From: Promethearchaeota archaeon
GTDB lineage: Archaea; Asgardarchaeota; Lokiarchaeia; Sigyniarchaeales; SOKP01
Assembly: GCA_048938005.1 (NCBI GenBank)
Contig: JBHLMQ010000009.1
Coordinates: 1 to 64,000, forward strand
Length of the DNA stretch: 64,000 bases
Direction: 5' to 3'
Positions 58,313-64,000 of the stretch are shown one piece after another (the first letter of the stretch is position 1; every line of letters begins with the position of its first letter). Under the pieces are notes generated by a model. That model was not told where the DNA came from and ran no database searches. It saw nothing but the letters and a program-made list of their open reading frames with translations. Both the position numbers and the translations under genes were made by a program.

Positions 58313-59605
58313 TCACCCTCTTTTAAAATAAGTAGATTCATCATAATCACTCAATTCATCTAATCTTAAACCTAAAAATTCTGTTTTATTAGTTAATATT
58401 CCTTGTTTAAACTCATCTAAAGCCCTATGAACACCAGTAATGATATGTTCGGTTTTAACATCTCTACCACCTAATCCTACAATAAAACCCTTAATATTCG
58501 GTCTATTTTTTAAACTATAAAGCGCAGCTTTTAATTCATAAGATAAAACGCCTTCATATCCATATCCAATATCTCGATCAAATACTATAATATTTTCTTT
58601 ATCTTTGAAAAATTCCCTCAATTCTTTATACGGATATGGTCTAAATAATTTAAGGCTTACAATTCCTATTTTTAAACCTTCTGATCTTAGTTTTTTAATC
58701 GCAACTCTGGCTTGAGAAGAAACTGAACCCATCGCAAAAATGATTGTGTCAGCATCCTCAGTTTGGACTGTTTTATATATTCCATCTCCATAAGATCTTC
58801 CAAATTTTCTGGCAAATTCATCATGAACTCCTTTAATTATTTCAATTGAATTTTCTAACGATTTTTGAAGTGCGTATCTATATTCATAATAACCCGGAGC
58901 TATTCCTTCTGCTCGTTTAACAATGTGAGGGGTGGTTACTGGATCTATTCCTTTTACTTGTGAAATGTCGGATAAATTAATATGGTGATTAAGAGGTGGT
59001 AAAAATTCATCAATTTTATCTTGGTTTTCTAATTTAACTGGCATCATAGTATGACTTAATATATATCCATCATACGCAACTATTGCAGGAAGAAATACAC
59101 GAGGATCTTCTGCTATTTTAAATGCTTGAAGATTTGTGTCATAGATTTCTTGATTATTTTCACACATAAACTGAATCCAACCAACATCTCTTATTGTAAT
59201 GAAATCAGAATGATCAGTCCAGACTGACCAAGGTGCTCCAAGTGATCGAGTTGCAAGATTGATTATTATAGGTAATCTATTTCCTGCTGCCCATGGTAGC
59301 ATTTCATACATCAATTCTAAACCATGAGCAGATGTTGCAGTGCCCACTCTTGATCCGGTCGCAGAAGCAGCACAACATACAGCTAAAGCTGAATGTTCAG
59401 ATTCGACTTTAACAAACCTAGCTTTTAACTTTCCTTCTGCTATAAATTCTGCGATTTTTTCTACTACAGGACTTTGAGGTGTTATTGGATAAGCGGAAAT
59501 GACACCCACCTTTGCCTGTCTAAAAGCATGTGCAGCTGCATGATTTCCTGTTAGAATCATTATATTTTTGTCAATACTTGATTTTTTTTCTTGAATCACA
59601 GTCAT
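58313..59605 (-). CDS. porA: 2-oxoacid:ferredoxin oxidoreductase alpha subunit
   Basis: GNHAAA, AYPITPQS, VESEHSA, TATSAHG, GLGGRD. Confidence 0.93.
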   Translation of the reverse strand: MTVIQEKKSSIDKNIMILTGNHAAAHAFRQAKVGVISAYPITPQSPVVEKIAEFIAEGKLKARFVKVESEHSALAVCCAASATGSRVGTATSAHGLELMYEMLPWAAGNRLPIIINLATRSLGAPWSVWTDHSDFITIRDVGWIQFMCENNQEIYDTNLQAFKIAEDPRVFLPAIVAYDGYILSHTMMPVKLENQDKIDEFLPPLNHHINLSDISQVKGIDPVTTPHIVKRAEGIAPGYYEYRYALQKSLENSIEIIKGVHDEFARKFGRSYGDGIYKTVQTEDADTIIFAMGSVSSQARVAIKKLRSEGLKIGIVSLKLFRPYPYKELREFFKDKENIIVFDRDIGYGYEGVLSYELKAALYSLKNRPNIKGFIVGLGGRDVKTEHIITGVHRALDEFKQGILTNKTEFLGLRLDELSDYDESTYFKRG

Positions 59606-59901
59606 TCAAATTTCACCTCTTCCATTGTTATAGCTTTTACTGGACATTCTTCCATACAAATTCCACATCCCTTACAATGTTTTAAATCGATTTGAGGTGG
59701 AATGGTTCTCGAAATTACTGCTTCGGGGCAATATAACCAACAATTAAAGCAACTGGGTTTTCCAGATTTAACGGGGATACATTTATTTAAATTAATTATT
59801 GGTTTTTTTGAACTCCAAGTTCCAGTTTCACCTGCTTCTCCGATTACTGGTTTTTGAACGGAACCTAAAATTTTTTGATAATCTTTTTTTGAATCAGTCA
59901 T
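59602..59901 (-). CDS. porD: 2-oxoacid:ferredoxin oxidoreductase delta subunit
   Basis: TGTW..KP, CFNCWLYCPE, CKGCGICMEECP; ATGA overlap with porA. Confidence 0.9.
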   Translation of the reverse strand: MTDSKKDYQKILGSVQKPVIGEAGETGTWSSKKPIINLNKCIPVKSGKPSCFNCWLYCPEAVISRTIPPQIDLKHCKGCGICMEECPVKAITMEEVKFE

Positions 59902-60210
59902 TTATACATCAAAAATAGTAATAAATTAGATTCTGTATAAAATCAAACGTAGATAAATTTTTAATTCTTACCATTTATAAAAATAATCGTTTAAGGTAAA
60001 ATTCAACTATTTCATCAATAGTACGTTAATAATATTCAATACTTTAGGATTACTTACCTTAAGATAATATTTATGTTTAAATAAAAAATAAATACTTAAT
60101 ATTTCATTAAACCCATAATAAAAATTTTCGAATTTTGGAAGTCTTCGTATATCTTCCGATTTTATGGATTTTTTTGAAAATTATTATAATATCGCAGGTT
60201 AAGGGAAAAA

Positions 60211-62871
60211 ATGGATTTATCTACAGATAAATTTATACAAATAATTGAAAGTATTAAAGAATGTTATTTTGAAGTTGATTTAAAAGGTACTTTTACTTTT
60301 TTTAACGAATCATTATGCAAACTTACTGGATATTCAAGAGAAGAATTATTGGGGTTAAATTATAAATATATTGCTGATGAAGAAAATCGAAAAAAAGTGT
60401 TTAAAGGGTTTAACACTGTTTACACAACAGGTTTACCATTAACTGATTTACAATATGAATTCAGGAATAAAAATGGAGCCAAAATAATTGGTGAAACATC
60501 CGTATATTTAAAGTTTGACTCTAAAGGAAATAAAACTGGTTTTTATGGATTATTTCGCGATATCACTAAAAAAATAGAGGAAGAAAAAAAATTTAAAAAA
60601 GAATTAAAACAACTTCTCAATTTAAGAACTCAAGAGTTAAGAGAATCAGAAGAAAAGTATAGGAACCTACTCGAAAACTTAGATGTTGGTTTTTATTCTA
60701 CAACATTAGATGGTCGAATGCTTAATCATAATAGAGCACATAATATTATTTTAGGATATGATCCATCAGAGAATTTGAAAAATAAAGATGTTAGGGCATT
60801 TTGGCAATATCCAGAACAAAGAGAGGATTACATAAAACTTATTCTTAAAAATGGAATCGCGAAAAATTATATATGTTATGCTTTAACTAAAGATGGTAAA
60901 AAAATTGTTGTCGAGTTGAATTCTTATTTAATCAGAAATGAAAGTGGAGATCCGATTAGAATTGATGGCACGTTTTTTGATGTCACAGAAAAATTCAACT
61001 TGGAAAGAAAATTAAAAATATCAGAAGAAAAGTACAGAAACTTGGTAGAGAATGCTCAAGAAGGCGTGTGGGCCGTAGATGAAAATGATGATACAATCTT
61101 TGTTAATCCAAAAATATGTGAAATGCTTGGATATACTAGAGATGAAATTATGGGTGAAAATCTACATTTATTTTTAGAAGATCCAATGATAGAATTGATC
61201 AATAGTTATCGAAAACGTAGGGAGAAGGGCTTGAAAGATACTTATGAACTTGAATTTATAAAAAAAGATAGAACAATATTAAGCACAAGTATAAATGCTG
61301 CTCCAATTTTGAATGAAGATGGAGATTTCAAGGGTTCATTTGCTTTCATTAATGATATAACAAATAGGAAAATCGCGGAGCAAAATTTAAAAAAATCTGA
61401 AGAAAAGTATCGAGCTTTATTCGAAAATTCTCCCAATATGATAGTATTATTAAATTTAGAAGGAGAAATCATTGATCTTAACCCTGAAATCCTTAATTTT
61501 TATGGATATGAAAAAGATGATTTTCTCCATAAAAATTTTAGAACTCTTAATACTTTTCCAATGGAAGATTTGCCGAGAGTTGTAGAGGTATATAAAAAAC
61601 TGATTAATAAAGAAGATGTAGAACCCATAGAACTTCAATTTTATAATAAAGATGGAAGTATAACATGGGTGAATTCTCTAGCAAATTTAGTAGAAATAGA
61701 AAATGAAGCTTATATACAAGTTATAGTACAAGATATTAACGAACGTAAAATAGCGGAACTGAAATTAAAAGAATCCGAAGAAAGATATCGCAATTTAATT
61801 GAAACTGTACCATTTTCAATAGCTTTAATCGATCGACAAGGAAAAATCGTTTATACTAATCCAACAATTGAAAAGTTATTAGGGTATAGTCAAGATGAAT
61901 TAATTGGACACGAGTTCAAAAATATTCCAGCAATTAATCCAAATTATATTCCAATTACGCTTAAACGATTTCAAAAGGTTTTAAAAGGTGAGATTTTGCC
62001 CCCATTAGAAATAGAGTTACATAAGAAAGATGGTAGTTTAATTTGGATAAAATATCAAACTTCTTTAGTTAAATTAGGAAATGATGTTTTAATGCAAGCA
62101 GTTATAAATGACATTACAGAACAGAAAAAGGCAGATCTTCTAATAGAAGAAGAAATCCTAAAACTTAAAGAATTAGATCAGATTAGAAAAGATTTAATTT
62201 CTCGAGTTTCACATGAATTGAAAACCCCTTTAGTTTCCATTTGTGGAGCTGCTGAACTTCTTCTAGATTTATTTATAGAAGAATTTAAAGACGAACCAAA
62301 AGAACTAATTGAAATGATTGAAAAAGGTGGCAGAAGATTAAAATACCTAGTTGATAATCTGGTTGATATTACAAGGATAGAATATAAAAAATTCGAATTA
62401 GAGAAATATCCAAATGATATTAATCAATTAATTAGAGATTGTGTAAGAGAAATGATGTATCTCATAAATAAACGTAAATTGAATTTAAAACTTGAACTTC
62501 ATGATGGATTATTCTTAGAAATTGACAAAATAAGAATTGAACAAGTAGTATTAAATCTTCTATCTAATGCAATTAAAAATACTCCTCCTAATGGAAAAAT
62601 CACAGTAAAATCATTAAAAAAAAACAATTATGTGGAAATATCAATAAGTGACACTGGAATTGGCCTTACCAAGGAAGAGATGGATAAACTATTTACGAGG
62701 TTTGGCAAGATTGAAAGATATGGAAATGGATTAGAATTTATTGATATCCAAGGAACTGGACTTGGATTATATATTTCAAAAGAAATAATAGATTTACATG
62801 AAGGTCAAATTTGGGTCGAATCTGAAGGGAGGGATAAAGGTAGTATATTTACAATTAAAATACCAATATAA
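60211..62871 (+). CDS. Cytoplasmic five-PAS sensor histidine kinase
   Basis: Five SEEKYR-linked PAS repeats; SHELKTPL (H box), NLLSNAIK, DTGIG, GTGLGL. Confidence 0.95.
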   Translation: MDLSTDKFIQIIESIKECYFEVDLKGTFTFFNESLCKLTGYSREELLGLNYKYIADEENRKKVFKGFNTVYTTGLPLTDLQYEFRNKNGAKIIGETSVYLKFDSKGNKTGFYGLFRDITKKIEEEKKFKKELKQLLNLRTQELRESEEKYRNLLENLDVGFYSTTLDGRMLNHNRAHNIILGYDPSENLKNKDVRAFWQYPEQREDYIKLILKNGIAKNYICYALTKDGKKIVVELNSYLIRNESGDPIRIDGTFFDVTEKFNLERKLKISEEKYRNLVENAQEGVWAVDENDDTIFVNPKICEMLGYTRDEIMGENLHLFLEDPMIELINSYRKRREKGLKDTYELEFIKKDRTILSTSINAAPILNEDGDFKGSFAFINDITNRKIAEQNLKKSEEKYRALFENSPNMIVLLNLEGEIIDLNPEILNFYGYEKDDFLHKNFRTLNTFPMEDLPRVVEVYKKLINKEDVEPIELQFYNKDGSITWVNSLANLVEIENEAYIQVIVQDINERKIAELKLKESEERYRNLIETVPFSIALIDRQGKIVYTNPTIEKLLGYSQDELIGHEFKNIPAINPNYIPITLKRFQKVLKGEILPPLEIELHKKDGSLIWIKYQTSLVKLGNDVLMQAVINDITEQKKADLLIEEEILKLKELDQIRKDLISRVSHELKTPLVSICGAAELLLDLFIEEFKDEPKELIEMIEKGGRRLKYLVDNLVDITRIEYKKFELEKYPNDINQLIRDCVREMMYLINKRKLNLKLELHDGLFLEIDKIRIEQVVLNLLSNAIKNTPPNGKITVKSLKKNNYVEISISDTGIGLTKEEMDKLFTRFGKIERYGNGLEFIDIQGTGLGLYISKEIIDLHEGQIWVESEGRDKGSIFTIKIPI

Positions 62872-62912
62872 TTATAAAAAAAGTAGAAATTACAATAAAA
62901 ATTGAGTGGCGA

Positions 62913-64000
62913 ATGACATATAATAGGGAAGAAATAAGAGAAAGTTACAGAAATTTGTTTGAACATTCATTAGATTTAATTTATGTAAGTGATTTAGAGG
63001 GAAATTTTCTGGATGCTAATGATCTTACCTTAATTTCCTTGGGTTATGAAAGGGAAGATATTCCAAATGTTAAATTTTTAGATCTCCTTGAAGAAGATGA
63101 ATTAATTATAGCATATGAGGCTTTAAAGGAAATAATAAGGACAGGAAAGCAGTCTAAACGTAGAGAATATAAAATAAGAGCAAAAAATGGTAATTTTATT
63201 TTTGTAGAAACATATGCCATGCCATTAAAGAAAAATGGAAAAATCTATGCAATTTTAGGCATTGGCAAAAATATCACTGATCACAAGAAAGCAGAACAAA
63301 AATTAAGAGATTCTGAAGAAATGTTTAGAGCACTGTATAAAGAGGGACCAATTGCTACTTATACTTGGAAAAAACTTAATGCGGATTTTGTTTTCATCGA
63401 ATTTAATAATGCGGCTGACGGGATAACCAATGGGAATGCTGTAAATGTTTTGGGCCATAGAGCTTCTGAAATATATAAAGATAGACCAGATATTTTGAAA
63501 GATTTACATATGTGTTTTAATCAGAAAAAGAATATTACGAGAGAGATGAAATATAAATTTCAGTTTACTACAGAAGAAAAATATCTTTTAGTAAAATATG
63601 GCTATGTTAAACCAGATTTAGTGATTGTTCAAACTGAAGATATAACTGAAAAGAGAGTGGCAGAAGAACAATTAAAAGAATCAGAATTAAAATATCGCAA
63701 TATGATTAATAACTTAGATGTTGGATTTTATCAAGTATCCTTAGATGGTGTATTATTAACACATAATCCTGCTTATAATAAAATCTTAGGGTTTGAAATA
63801 TCAGAACATTTAAGAAATACAAATGTAACTGAATTATGGCAACAACCTGAACTTCGAAAAGAGTACTTGAAGCAAATTTTCAGAGACAATTATGTTAGAG
63901 GTTATACTTGCCATGCATTAAAAAAAAGCGCTGAAAAAATTGTTTTAGAATTGAATTCACATTTGATCAGAGACAAGCGAGGAAACCCAGTTAGAATAGA
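62913..64000 (+). CDS. Multi-PAS protein (probably a histidine kinase), runs off the window
   Basis: Manual translation MTYNREEIRESYRNLFEHSLDLIYVSDLEGNFLDAN...; three PAS modules, no stop seen. Confidence 0.88.
   Translation, partial: MTYNREEIRESYRNLFEHSLDLIYVSDLEGNFLDANDLTLISLGYEREDIPNVKFLDLLEEDELIIAYEALKEIIRTGKQSKRREYKIRAKNGNFIFVETYAMPLKKNGKIYAILGIGKNITDHKKAEQKLRDSEEMFRALYKEGPIATYTWKKLNADFVFIEFNNAADGITNGNAVNVLGHRASEIYKDRPDILKDLHMCFNQKKNITREMKYKFQFTTEEKYLLVKYGYVKPDLVIVQTEDITEKRVAEEQLKESELKYRNMINNLDVGFYQVSLDGVLLTHNPAYNKILGFEISEHLRNTNVTELWQQPELRKEYLKQIFRDNYVRGYTCHALKKSAEKIVLELNSHLIRDKRGNPVRI

Noticed and set aside
907-61638. Short antisense or alternate-frame ORFs in the track (e.g. 907-1101, 3772-3954, 7314-7559, 8832-9068, 13032-13355, 16632-16886, 19560-19814, 20440-20724, 23266-23648, 28563-28916, 47873-48196, 61242-61638)
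   Set aside because: They lie within or opposite well-supported genes and have no motifs; treated as shadow ORFs.
1-64000. CRISPR arrays, rRNA, tRNA, transposases, integrases, viral genes
   Set aside because: None recognised by eye; a tRNAscan/Infernal/HMM run would be needed to exclude divergent cases.

Overview
Strongly AT-rich archaeal chromosomal segment, most consistent with an Asgard archaeon (Lokiarchaeia/Promethearchaeota). This assignment is an inference from the archaeal information genes (rpoD-rpl18e-rpl13-rps9, thermosome, TrmI, RIO2, Lsm, Clp1), four small-GTPase-family genes, a gelsolin-like domain and multi-PAS kinases. The first ~14 kb is accessory-like: gene fragments, a local duplication, a poly-Gly microprotein, a TspO-like/staygreen pair, an unannotated AbrB-like gene with a long stem-loop downstream, and a Mo-oxidoreductase/cytochrome-b fusion. 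The rest is mostly core: an hdrA(mvhD)-hdrC-hdrB-metV-metF-lrp operon, PEPCK, SHMT, aroA/aroC and a 2-oxoacid:ferredoxin oxidoreductase (delta, alpha, beta). The best candidate for a novel system is a tightly coupled circularly permuted ATP-grasp ligase plus M14-like Zn-carboxypeptidase pair (47289-49890), a possible peptide-tag writer/eraser. Other notable items are a membrane-anchored gelsolin-like protein, a GTPase-wHTH gene with no canonical start codon and a Q-to-L switch II change, and a Rab-like pseudo-GTPase. No CRISPR array, tRNA, rRNA or transposase was recognised. All family calls come from motif recognition by eye, not from database searches.
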